Assembly (NCBI RefSeq): GCF_009914755.1
Contig: NC_060931.1
DNA: 64,000 nucleotides
Strand: one strand, 5' to 3'
Origin: the human T2T-CHM13v2.0 reference genome, Homo sapiens
Both the position numbers and the translations under genes were made by a program. Within the stretch, counting starts at the first letter, position 1; every line of letters begins with the position of its first letter. Positions 1 to 12,276 of this stretch are shown piece by piece. A model generated the notes under the pieces. It worked only from the letters and a program-made list of their open reading frames with translations. It was not told where the DNA came from and did no database searches.

Positions 1-3000
1 CTATTTGTTGAATTTCTATTTAAATGAGATACTTAGGGTTATTTTAAATTATATTTTCACTATTGCTTAAGCTGATCATTTTAAAATTATAATCTTCCTA
101 GTTAGGAAAATGGAAATTGGAGCAAGAGTTAGTGGAAAAATCATAAAAAAAAGTCTTCATTCCATTTCTGCAACATCATACAACAAGAATTGGCCCAGAG
201 GCAGTGGAGCAAGATAGTGGAATAGAAGCCAGCACCGTTCATAACCTGTGCTGTAACACCAAATTTTAACAACTATCTGCACACAGAAAAGTACAATCAT
301 GAGAACCAAAAATTAGGTGAGCAATCACAGTACTGGTTTTAACTTCGTATCATTGAAAGAGGCATTGAGGAGGTTCTGAGAGACAGTCTTGAACCACAGA
401 TGCCACCACAGAGTATGTACATTTGGCGGAAAAATAGCACAGTGAATGGGGGTTATTACCTTGAACTCAGTTTTGCCATGTCATAGCAGAGAACAAAGCT
501 GAACTGAGCTCAGCCAGTGACCACACACAGAGGGAGCATTTAGACCATATCTAGCCAGAGGAGAGTCATCCATTCCATTGGTCAGAACTTGAGTTTCTTG
601 GAAAGTCTCACAACCACAGGTCAAAGTGCTCTGGGTCACTAAACAAACTGAAAAGGCACTCTAGCACTCAGGGACTGATTCCTAGGCAACTCCTTGTGCT
701 GGGCTGAAAGCCAGAGGACTAGGGTGGCATGTGACCTAGGGAGACACTAGCTGAGGTAGCTAAAGAAGGGCTTGCATCACTCTAACCCAACTCCAAGCTG
801 TGGAGCTCGCAACAACAAAAGTGTCTCCTTCCTTCTGCTTAAGTGGAAGAAAGCAAAGACTGGAAAGGATTTTGTCTTGCATCTTGGATACCAGCTCAGT
901 CACAGTAGGACAGGGCATCTGGCAGAGTCGTGAGACCCTTATTCCAGGCCCTAGGGATTCATCACTGTTGACTAAACAGCCCCTGGGCCCTGAGTAACCA
1001 CCAGTGATACCCAGGTAGTATGCCATGGGCCTTGTGCTCTAAGGCATGCTGGCTACAGGTGTGATCCAGCATGTTACTGGTTGTGATGGCTACAGTGAAA
1101 GACTCCTTCTGTTTGAGAAAAGCAGAGGAAAAATTAAATGGGACTTTGTCTTGCACTTTTGCTACCAGCTTGGCTACAGTGGGGTAGAGCAACATGGAGG
1201 TTTTGGGGTCCTTGAGTTTAGGGCCAGATTCTTGGACAGCACTTCTAGACCTGACCTGGGCCAGTGGTTAGCCCACTACCCTGAAGGGTGAGTCCCAGAC
1301 CTGACAGTATTCACCACAAGCTGATTGAAGAGCGCTTGAGCTTTAAGTGAACTTCGGTGGTGGCCTGGAAGAACTTCCTTGTGGGCCTATGGTGGTGGTG
1401 CCCACAGGAGAGGCTCCTCTGTCTGTGGAAAGGGGAGGGAAAAGCTGGAAAGACTTTATATTGTGGTTTGAGTGGCAGCTTAGCCACGGCACAATATAAC
1501 ATCAAACAAATTTTTAAAGTTTTTGACTCTAATACCTGGCTTCCCGAGAGCATATGTGGACCCACCTGGGCCTGGGAGAACTCACTGCCCTGAAGGAAGG
1601 GCACAAACACGGATGGCTTAGACACCTACTGATTGTAAAGCCCTAGGGCCTTCAGTGAACACAGGTGGTAGCAAGTAGTAGTTACAACAGGTCTTGGGCA
1701 AGTTCCAGTGCTGTCCTGGCTCAGGTCTGACCCAGTGCAGTGTCAGTGGTGGTGGCCACATGTGTGCTTGAATCACTACACCCCCAGTTCCATGTGGCTC
1801 AGCAGAGAGAGAGAGAGAGAGACTCTGTTTGGGGAAATTAGGATGGAAGAATAAGTGTCTCTGTCTGGCAATCTAGAGAATCCTGGAATTTATCCAAGAC
1901 CACAAAGGCAGTACCTCTACCAGCGTGAAAAACCACAGCAATATTGAGGCCTAATTCTCTTTGAATACCTGGAAAGCCTTCTCAAGGAAAATGGTGACAA
2001 ACAAGCCCAGACAGTGAAGACTACAATAGATACCTAACTCTTCAATTCCCAGACATCTACAAACATCAAGATTATCCAGGAAAACATGACTTCACAAAAC
2101 AAACTAAATAAGGCATCAGGGACTAATCCTAGAGAAACGGAGACATGCAACCTTTCAGAGAGAATTCACATTAGCGGTTTTGAGGACACTCGAATAAATT
2201 CAAGATAACACAGAGAAGAAATTCAGAATTCTATCAGGTAAGTTTAACAAAGATATTAAAATAATTTAAAAGAATCAACAGAAATTCTAGAGTTGAAAAA
2301 TCCAGTTGACATACTGAAGAATGCAGATGTCTTTTAATAGCATAATTCATTGAGAAGAACAAAGATTTAGTGAGTTTGGAGACAGGCTATATGAAAATAG
2401 TCAGAGGAGATAAAAGAAAAAGAGAATAAAATACAATGAGGCATGCCTACGAGATCTAGAAAATAGCCTCAACAGGGCAAATCTAGGAGCTATTGACCTT
2501 AAAGAGGTGGTAGAAAAAGAGATAGGGGTAGAAAGTTCATTAAAAGGAATAAGATCAGCGAATTTCCCAATCCTAGAGAAAAATATGAATATCCACGTAC
2601 GAGAAGTTTATAGAACACCAAGCAGTTTTAACCCAAAGAAGACTATCTCAAGGCATTTAATAATCAAACTCCCAAAGATCAAGTATAAAGAAAGGAACAC
2701 AAAATCAGCAAGAGAAACTAATAACATAAAATGGAGCTCCAATATGTCTGGCAGCAGACTTTTCAGTGGAAATATTACAGACCAGGACAGTTGCATGACA
2801 TATTTAAAGTGCTGAAGTAAAAACAAAAAAAAAAACAAAAAAAAAAACAAAAAAAAAACTTTTACCCTATAATAGTATACCAAGTCTAGTTATCCTTCAA
2901 GCATGAAGAAGAAATAAGTACTTTCCAAGACAAATAACACGAGACTTATCCTACAAGAAATGCTAAAGGGAGTTCTTCAATCTGAATGAAAGGGATGTTA

Positions 3001-3118
3001 ATGAACAAGAAAAAAAATATCATCTGAAGGTAAATAACTCACTGGAAATAGTAAGCAATTGGAAAACACAGATTATGATAACACTGTAATTGTGGTGTAT
3101 AACCTTCTCTTATCTTAA

Positions 3119-3510
3119 CCCTTTTCCTGTTTGCCCCAAGAATACTCACTGGCAGCACTTGTGGCTGCAGTGGTTATCCTGAGATAACTGCCATGAAATA
3201 TCTCACTTTTATTATTATTTTCACATGGCTTTAGTACATTAACCTTGAAAACCCTATTTATATCATTCTCTGTTTTCAGTAGTGGTCTTTCCATTTACAA
3301 AATATAGTAATTCTCAATCACTAAAAATGTCAAATCTTAGAAAATGTAGCATTCCTATGTGTGATGTTAACATCATTCTTGAATAGTTGTTGGCTGAAGA
3401 TTCATTTGATGAATTTGATTTTTTTCTGAAATAGACGATTCTGATGATTCAGATAATTCTAATGTTAGTTCTGTTTAGGAAATAGTTTTTTAATACTTTA
3501 TTTTCACATT
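3119..3510 (+). mobile_element. MER75 piggyBac-family non-autonomous DNA transposon, right end missing
   Basis: TTAA at 3115-3118 followed by ccc ttttcctgtttgcccc (MER75 TIR). Interior matches recalled MER75 (gaatactcactggcagcacttgtggctgcag; aatagacgattctgatgattcag). Confidence 0.88.
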
Positions 3511-4247
3511 TAAGGAAGGAAAGAAGGAAGAGAAGACTACCAAACAACCAGAAAAAAAAAATAACAAAATAGCAGGAGTAAGTCCTTACTTATCAATGAT
3601 ACCATTGAACATAAATGGGACTAAACTCTCCAATCAAAAGTCATAGAGTAGGGGAACGGATTTTTAAAAAGACTCATTGATGTGTTGCCTACAAGAAACA
3701 CACTTCCCCTATAAAGAAACACAGAGACTGAAAATAAAGGGATGGAAAAACATAATCCATGCCAATGGAAACAAACAACAAAAAAAGCAGAAGTAGCTAT
3801 ACTTATATCAGACAAAATAGGTTTGGGAAAAAAACTACAATAAAAGACAAAGAAGGACATTATGTAATGATAAAGAAGTCCATTTAGCAACAGGATATAA
3901 CCACTATAACTATATATGTAGTCAACACTAGAACACTCACATATAAAGAAAATATTATGAGAGAGAGAGAAAGAGAGAGAGAGAAAAAGAGAGAGACCTG
4001 AATACAATAACGGCTGGAGACTTCAACATTCCACTTTTGGTTTTAGACAGATGTCCCAGACAGAAACTCAAGTAAGAAATATCAGACTTAATCTGCAGTA
4101 TAGAAAACATAAACCTAATAGATATTTACAGAAAATTTCATTCAATAGCTGCAGAATGCACATTCTTCTCCTCAGCACATAGATCATGCTCGAGAATAGA
4201 CCATGTTAGTTCACAAAACAAGTACTAAAACATTCAAAAATATAGAA

Positions 4248-4490
4248 TTTTTTTTTTTTGAGAGGAGTCTCCGCTCACTGCAAGCTCCACCTCCCAGGTT
4301 CTCCTGCCTCAGCCTCCTGAGTAGCTGGGACTACAGGCGCCCGCCACCATGCCCAGCTAATTTTTTGTATTTTTAGTAGAGACGGGGTTTCACTGTATTA
4401 GCCATGATGGTCTCGATCTCCTGAGCTCGTAATCCGCCCGCCTCAGCCTCCCAAAGTGCTAGGATTACAGGCATGAGCCACCACGCCCTG
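4248..4490 (-). mobile_element. AluY-like SINE with two internal deletions
   Basis: Poly-T then Alu antisense with gcaagctcc and atggtctcgatctcctga diagnostics. Approximate TSD caaaaatat(a/t)gaa. Confidence 0.92.
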
Positions 4491-6990
4491 ACAAAAATAT
4501 TGAAATTTTATCAAGCATCTTCTGACCACAATGGAATAAAACTAGATATCAACAGCTAGAGGAATTTTGGGAACTATACTAACACATGGAAATTAAACAA
4601 TATGAGCCTGAATGACTAGTGGGTCAATAACAAAGTAAAAAATAATTGAAAAATTTCTTGAAACGAGTGATAATGAAAACACAACATATCCAAACCTATG
4701 AGATACAGCAAAAGCAGTACTAAGAGGGAGATTTATAGCTATAATGGCCTGTATCAGAAAAGAAGTAAAACGTCCAATAAATAACCTAAGAATGCATCTT
4801 AAAGAACTAGAAAAAGAAGAGCAAATTGAACCCAGAATTATTAGAGGAAAAGAACTGACAAAGATTAGAGCAGAAGTAAATGAATTTGAAATGAAGAAAA
4901 TAATACAAAAGGTCAACAAAACAAAAAGCTGATTTTTTTGAAAGAAAACAAAATTGACAAACCTTTCGGTAGACTAAGAAAGAAAAAAGAGAGAAGACAG
5001 AAATAAATAAAATCAGAGTTGAAAAATGAGACATTAAAACTGATACCACAGGAATTCAAAGGATCATTAGTGGCTACTATGAGCAACTATGGCAAATAAT
5101 TTGAAAAATCTAACTTTAATTGACAAATTTCAAATGGATGAATTCCTAGACACATATAATCTACCAAGATTGAACCGTGAAGTAATCCAAAACATGAACA
5201 GACTAATAACACTTAATGAGATGGAAGCTGTAATAAAAAGTCTCCCAGCAAACAAAACCTGGGACCCAATGGCTTCACTACTAAATTCTACAAAACATTT
5301 AAAGAAGAACTAATACCAATCCTACTCAAACTATTAAAAAAAAAATAGAGGAGGAGGGAATACTTCCAAACTCATTTTATAAAGCCAATATTACTTTGAT
5401 ACCAAAACCAGAAAAAGACACACACACACAAAACCAAAACTGAAGGCCAGTATCTCTCAGGAATATCAATGCAAAATCTTCAATAAAACACTAGCAAAAC
5501 AAATTGAACAACACAGTAAAAAGATCATTCATAGCAACCGAATGGGATTTATCCCAGAGATGTGATAAAGGTTCAAAACACTCATATTAGTCAATGTAAT
5601 ACATTATACCAACAGAAAAAAGGAGAAAAACCATATGACTGTTTCAACTGATGCTCAAAAATCATTAAAATTCAACATCCTTTCATAATGTAAATTCTCA
5701 AAAAGCTGGGTATAGAAAGAACATACTTCAACATAATAGCCATATTCCACAGATCCACAGCTAGTATAGTAGTCGATGGGGAAAAACTGAAAGCCTTTTC
5801 TCTAATATCTGAAACAAAAAGATGCCCACTGTCACCACTGTTGTTGAACATAGTCCTAAAAGTCCTAGCTAGAGCAATCAGAGAACAGAAAGATATAAAT
5901 GGGATCCAAATTGAGAAGAACTAGTTGAATTATCCTTGTTTTCAGATTATATAATGTTATATTTAGAAAACCTAAAGACTCAACCAAAAAACTATTAGAA
6001 CTGATAAATGAATTCAGTAACACTGTAGGATACAAGATAAACATACAAAAATCAGTAGCATATTTATACACCAACGGTGAACAATCTGAAATATAAATAA
6101 AGAAGTAATAAAGTAATCTAATTTACAATAGCCAAAAATAAAATTAAATACTTAGGAATTAACCAAAACAAAGTGAAAGATCTCTATAATAAAAATTATA
6201 TAATACTGATAAAAGAAATTGAAAAGAACACCAAAAAATGGAAAGATATTCTATGTTCATGGACTGAATGAATCAATATTGTTAAAATGTCCACACTATC
6301 CAAAGCAATCTACAGACTCAGTGCAATCCCTATCAACATATCAATGACATTCTCCCCAAAAACAGAAAAAAAAAATTCTAAAATTATTTGGAACCACAAA
6401 AGACCCAGAAGAGCCAAAGCTCTCCTGAGCAAAAAGAGGACAACTAGAGAAATTACATTACCTGACTTCAAATTATACTACAGAGCTATAGTAAACAAAA
6501 CACCATGCTATTGGCATAAAGACAGACATATAGACCAATGGAATACAATATAGAACCCAGAAACAAATCCACACACCTATAGTGAGCTCATTTTTGACAA
6601 AGGTGCCAAGAATATAGATTGTAGAAAGGACAGTCTCTTTATTATAATAAATGTTGCGGATAAAACTTTATATCCACATGAAATTGAATGAAACTAGGCC
6701 CCTAACTCTCAGTGTAAACAAAAATCAAATAAAAGTGAATAAAGGCCTTAAAGCTAAGACATCAAACTATAAAACTGCTACAAGAAAACATTGGGGAAAC
6801 TCCAGGATGTTGGTCTTGGCAAAAATATCTTGAATAATACCCCACAACCATAGGCAACCAAAGCAAAAATGTGCAAATGGGATCACATCAAATTTAAAGG
6901 CTTCTGCACATTGAAGGAAACAATCAAAAAAATGAAGAGGCAAAAGAGGCAAATGACAGAACGGAAGAAAATACTTTCAGACTACCCATC

Positions 6991-9591
6991 TCATATGGCT
7001 TGGCTCTATGTCCCCATCCAGATCTCAATTTGTACCTCCCATAATTCCCTTGTGTTGTGGGAAAGACCTGGTGAGAGATAATTGAATCATGGGAGTGGAT
7101 CTTTCCCATAGTGTCCTTGTGATAGTGAAAAAGCCTCATGAGATCTGATGGTTGTAAAAATGGGAGTTTTCCTGCACAAGCTCTCTCTTTGCTTTCTGCC
7201 ATCCACGTAGGATGTGACTGGCTCCTCCTTTCCTTCTGCCATGATTGTGAGGCCTCCCCACCCATGTGAAACTGTAAGTCCACTAAGCTTCTTTCTTTTG
7301 TAAATTGCCCAGTCTTGGGTATGTCTTTATCAGCAGTGTGAAAACAGACTAATACAGTAAATTGGTACCAGTAGAATAGGGTGTTGCTGAAAAGATACCC
7401 AAAAATGTGGAAGCCATTTTGGAACTGGGTAACAGGCAGGGGTAGGAACAGTTTGAAGGGCTCAGAAGAAGAGAGGAAAATGTGGGAAAGTTTGGAACTC
7501 CCTAGAAACTTGTTGAATGGCATTGACCAAAATGCTGATAATGATATGGACAGTAGGGTCCAGGCTGAGGTGGTCTCAATTGGAGATGAGAAACTTGTTG
7601 GTAACTGGTGCAAAAGTGACTCATTATGTTTTAGCAAAGAGACTGGAGACATTTTGCCCCTGACCTACAGATTTGTAGAACTTTGAACTTGAGGGAGATG
7701 GTTTAGGATATCTGGTGGAAGAAATTTCTAAGCACCAGAGCATTCAAGAGGTGACTTGGGTGCTGTTTAAAGGTATTCAGTTTTAAAATGGAAACAGATC
7801 ATAAAAGTTCAGAAATTTTGCAGCCTGACAATGCAATAGAAAAGAAAATCCCAGTCGGGCACCATGGCTCACACCTGTAATCCCATCACTTTGGGAGGCC
7901 GAGATGGGCAGTTCACAAGGTCAGGAGTTTGAGACCAGCCTGGCCAATATGGTAAAACTCTGTCTCTACTAAAAATACATAAATTAGCCAGGCGTGATGA
8001 TGGGTGCCTTTAGTCCCGGCCACTCAGGAGGCTGGGGCAGGAGAATTGCTTGTAGCTGGGAAGTGGAGGTTGCAGTGAACCAAGATCACGCCACTGCCCT
8101 CCACCCCGGGTGATAGAGTAAGACTCCATTAAAAGAAAAAAAAAAGTAAAGTAAATTCCATTTTCTGAGGAGAAATTCAAGCTGGCTGCAGAAATTTGCA
8201 TAAGTAATGAGGATCCTAATGTTAATCACCAAGACAATGAAGAAAATGTCCCAGGGCATGTCAGAGACCTTTGCAGCAGCCCTTACCATCGCAGGCCCAG
8301 AGGTTTAGGAGGAATAATGGTTTCATGGCCCAGGCCCAGGGTCTCTCTGCTGTGTGCAGTCTAGGGACTTGGTGCCCTGTGTCCAAGACACCCTAGCCAT
8401 GACTGAAAGGGGCCAAGGTTATAAATAATTATAACAGCTTGGGCTGTTGCTTCAGAGGGTGGAAGCTCCAAGCCTTGTCAGCTTCCATGTGGCGTCTAGC
8501 CTGCCAGTGAATAGGAGCCAAGAATTGAGGTTTGGGAACCTCCACCTGGATTTCAGAAGATATATGGAAATGCCTGGATGCCCAGGTATAAATTTGTTGC
8601 AGGGGCAGGGCCCTCATGGAAAACCTCTGCTAGGGCAGTGCAGAAGGGAAATGTGGGGTCGGAGACCCCACACAGAGTCACTACTAGGGCACCATGTAGT
8701 GGAGCTGTGAGAAGAGGCCACTGTCCTCCAGGCACCAGAATAGTAGATCCACTGACAGCTTGCACCATGCATCTGGAAAAGCCACAGACACTCAATGCCA
8801 GCCCATGAAGCAGCTGGGAGGGAGGCTCCACTCCTGCAAAGCAACAGGAGTGGAGCTGCTGAAGGCCATGAGAACCTACCTCTTGCATCAGTGTGACCTG
8901 GATGTAAGCGAGGAGATCATTTTGGAGCTTTAATATTTGACTGCCCCACTGGATTTTGGACTTGCATTGGGCCTGCAGCCTCTTTGTTTTGGCCAATTTC
9001 TCCCATTTTGAATGCCTGTATTTACCCAATGCCTGCACCCTCATTGTATCTAGGAAGTAACTACCTTGCTTTTGATTTTATGGCTTATAGGAGGAACGGA
9101 CTTGCCTTGTCTCAGATTAGACGTTGGACTGTGGACTTTTGAGTTAATGCTGAAATGAGTTGAGACTTTGGGGGACTGTCAGGAAGGCATGATTGGTTTT
9201 GAAATGTGAAGACATGAGATTTGGGAGAAGCCAGAGGTGGAATGATATGGCTTGGCTCTATGTCCCCACACAAATCTCATCTTGTTGCTCCCATAGTTGT
9301 GGTAGAGACCCAGTGGGAGTTAATTGAATCATGGGGGTGGGTCTTTCCTGTACTGTTCTTATGATAGTGAATAAGTTGCATGAGATCTGATGGTTTTAAA
9401 AATGTGAGTTTCCCTGCACAAGCTCTCTCATTGCCTGCCATGTAATATGTGGCTTGCTCCTCCTTGCCTTCTGTCATAATTGTGAGGCCTCCCCAGCCAT
9501 GTGGAACTGTAAATCTATTAAGCCTCTTTCTTTTGTAAACTGCCCAGTCTTGGGTATGTCTTTATCAGCAGAGGGAAAATGGACAAATATA
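6991..9591 (+). mobile_element. Full-length THE1 (THE1A/B) MaLR provirus: LTR 6991-7356, internal 7357-9242, LTR 9243-9591
   Basis: Two similar LTRs (t(c/g)atatggcttggctctatgtcccca...aata(c/t)a) flank THE1-int (gtaaattggtaccagtaga..gggtgttgctgaaaagataccc). 5-bp TSD ccatc/ccacc. The L1 resumes exactly at the other side. Confidence 0.95.
7854..8145 (+). mobile_element. AluS (Sg-like) inserted in THE1 internal region
   Basis: Dimeric Alu with A tail. Diverged TSD aaagaaaatccca / aaagtaaattcca. Confidence 0.93.
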
Positions 9592-10864
9592 CCACCTGAC
9601 AAAGGATTAATAACCAAGATATATAAGGAGCTCAAACAACTTTATAGGAAAATAATTTAATAATTCAATTAAAAAATGGGCAAAGTATTTGAATGGACAT
9701 TTCTGAAAGAAGACATACAAATAAATGGAAGCAGATGTAAGAAAAGGTGCTCAGAGTAATGTGAATCAAGCTACAATAAAATATCATGTCACTCTAGTTA
9801 AAATGGATTATAGACAAAAGAGGCAATACCGAATGCTGGAAATTATGTGGAGAAAAAGGAACCCTTGTACACTGTTGGTGGGAATGTAAATTAATACAAC
9901 CACTGTGAAGAACAGTTTGGAGGTTCTTCAAAAATTAAAAATAGAGCTACCATACAATTCAGCAATCCCACTGCTGGGTGTATACCCAAAATAAAGGAAA
10001 TCACTATATCAAAGAGATATCTGCACTCCCATGTTTGTTGCAGCACTGTTGACAATAGTGAAGATTTGGAAGCAACCTAAGTATCATCAACGGATGACTG
10101 AATAAAGAAAATGTGGTATTTATACACAATACAGTACTATTCCGACATAAAAAGGAATGATATCCTTTCATTTGCAGCAACATAGATGGATCTGGAGGTC
10201 ATTATGTTAAAGGAAATAAGCCAGGCACAGAAAGACAAACATCACATGTTCTCACTTATTTGTGGGATCTAAAAATCAAAACAGTTTAACTCATGGAGAT
10301 AGTAGAAGAATCATTACTACAGGCTGGGAATGGTAGTGTGGGGGTTGGGGGGGAAGGTGAGGATGGTTAATGGGTACAAAAAATAGAAAGAACATGTAAG
10401 ATCTAGTATTTGATAGCACAACAGAGTGACTATAGTAAAAAATAATTTAACTTTACATTAATAAAAACTAAGAATATGACTGCATTGTTTGAAATACGAA
10501 GGGTAATTCCTTGAGCGGATGGACACCCCATTTTCCATCATATGATTATTATGCATTGCACGCCTGTGTCAAGATATCTGATGTACTCCATTAATATATA
10601 CACCTGCTAGGTACCCACAAAAATAAAAACAAAGAATTGTCCCAAATCATTTTTAGCAAATGCAGTTATCAATTGGTTAGTTTTCTTTCTCCATTGATGT
10701 TCACATTCTCCACAAGACTGAAGCTATTCCATTTGTTTCTTATTTTTGTCAACACACTGTAACTATGCTGACGAACTATCCTGTGTCTAATTATTGTGCT
10801 TTGTACCCGAGAGAGACTGCAAGGACATAGACACCACCATCACCAGGACAAAGCAATTCAGGGA

Positions 10865-11005
10865 AGAATGTCTTTGAATTCAAATTTCAATCACATTATT
10901 TTTTAATCATGAGATTAAAGATATGGACAAACAAGACCTAATGTGGGACCTGGAGACAGTGAGAGTGGGGTGTTTTGCAGATGTTTAAAAGTTACTGAGA
11001 ATTAC
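10865..11005 (+). repeat. ~140-bp direct repeat, copy 1 (unassigned)
   Basis: agaatgtctttgaattcaaatttc...aaaagttactgagaattac recurs at 11892-12029. Confidence 0.9.
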
Positions 11006-11891
11006 GTGTATATACAAAGAAACTGTGCCTATTATCTCTCTGTGAATGCCTCCAAAGCAGCATTACCCAGACATATGGAACAGGTTTTTCTCTTCCCAGA
11101 AAGAAACTAAAATTTAAGAAGAAATAGAACAAGCAGACAGAGAATTCATTTATTGTATGGCTCCTGTGGACCATATTGCACAGGGAATGACACTGGGTAA
11201 AACCCCCATGCAAAAGTGGCTTTTATAACTAACCAACTCAACCATATGTTTAAAGCATTTTAAATTTCCCTAGAGTTGACTCTCAGAAATAAAACCAAGG
11301 ACTCTTTAGTTAGTCCAAAGAAGTTTAATGTAACTTTGAACAAATTTCTTACAGTCAAACATTTTCAAGGAGCCCAACGATCTACTAAAGAATTGAGATT
11401 ACACTGCAACTCCTAAATCAGCAGAGACTATAATTATGCTTTAATTTTTTTATATCACCTAGCACTCTAGGGGAAAATTCTGGGTTTGTTTCAAAGGTTA
11501 GAAGGTAAGGATCAGAAAGCCTTTTCAACGGAATATTTTTTGTTTCTTAAATAGAAGGCACACATACACACAGATCGATTATTTTTCATGTGATTCAACA
11601 GCAACATATGATTTCCAGCGAACATCAATTTTTTAATAAAGGATGAGTGCAATATAAAGAGCAAAACTATTAAGTATTGCACAACAAAAGAAAAACAAAA
11701 GATATTTAGTACTTCTTTATGTACTCCAAAAGAAAGACTAGAACCATACCTGCTTTTCAGTTGTTTGATTGCCCCCACTGTATATATTTGCCCTTGTTTA
11801 TAGTCTCCAAAATTTTCCTTCTTGGCAAACTTCATTTTCAGCAGCAGAAGGCAAATTAGACATGTAAAGGAGTCTCAGAGCAAAGCATGAC

Positions 11892-12029
11892 AGAATGTCT
11901 TTGAATTCAAATTTCTCATTGTTGTTTTAATCATGAGATTAAGGATGTGCACAAATAAGACCTAGTGTGGAGCCCAGAGACAGTGAGAATGGGGTTTTTT
12001 GCAGATGTGTAAAAGTTACTGAGAATTAC
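11892..12029 (+). repeat. ~140-bp direct repeat, copy 2 (unassigned)
   Basis: About 85-90% identical by eye to 10865-11005. Confidence 0.9.
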
Positions 12030-12276
12030 TAGTGGACAAACCAAGATTGTTCCTGTTATCTCCAATAGAATGGACAAAAAATAGAAAGCTAACTTATTAA
12101 TAACTATATTTATTATAAGTGATTTGGATGTATACTATATTTTTGCTGAAATTAAACAAAGGTAATTTATAAATTGATACATAAATTATCATGTTTTTTA
12201 TTTTCTCAAAAAAGAAGAAAACCCCTCTGGGATAAAGGGGAGGGTTGAAAATATTTTATAAAATGAAACTGTCTGG

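Larger units (their letters stand above)
198..10631 (+). mobile_element. Full-length degraded LINE-1, L1MA1/L1MA2-like, with nested insertions
   Basis: Starts with an L1 5' end (gaggcagtggagcaagatagtggaatagaag). ORF1 remnants ~2050-3050 (..RTPSSFNPKKTISRHLIIKLPKIK..) and ORF2 remnants ~3570-6990 and 9592-10270 (..[16 protein letters not shown]..). L1MA-type 3' end (..tgcattgcacgcctgtgtc..gtacccacaaaaataaaaa). TSD aagaattg(g/t)ccca at 185-197 and 10632-10644. Confidence 0.93.

Noticed and set aside
6924-7652. 242-aa minus-strand ORF, the longest in the window
   Set aside because: Antisense read-through of the THE1 LTR/internal region and L1; no independent coding evidence.
2050-10270. L1 ORF1/ORF2 as functional CDS
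   Set aside because: Fragmented by many stops, frameshifts and nested insertions.
11512-11835. 107-aa ORF between the 140-bp direct repeats
   Set aside because: No recognisable domain; composition typical of a chance AT-rich ORF.
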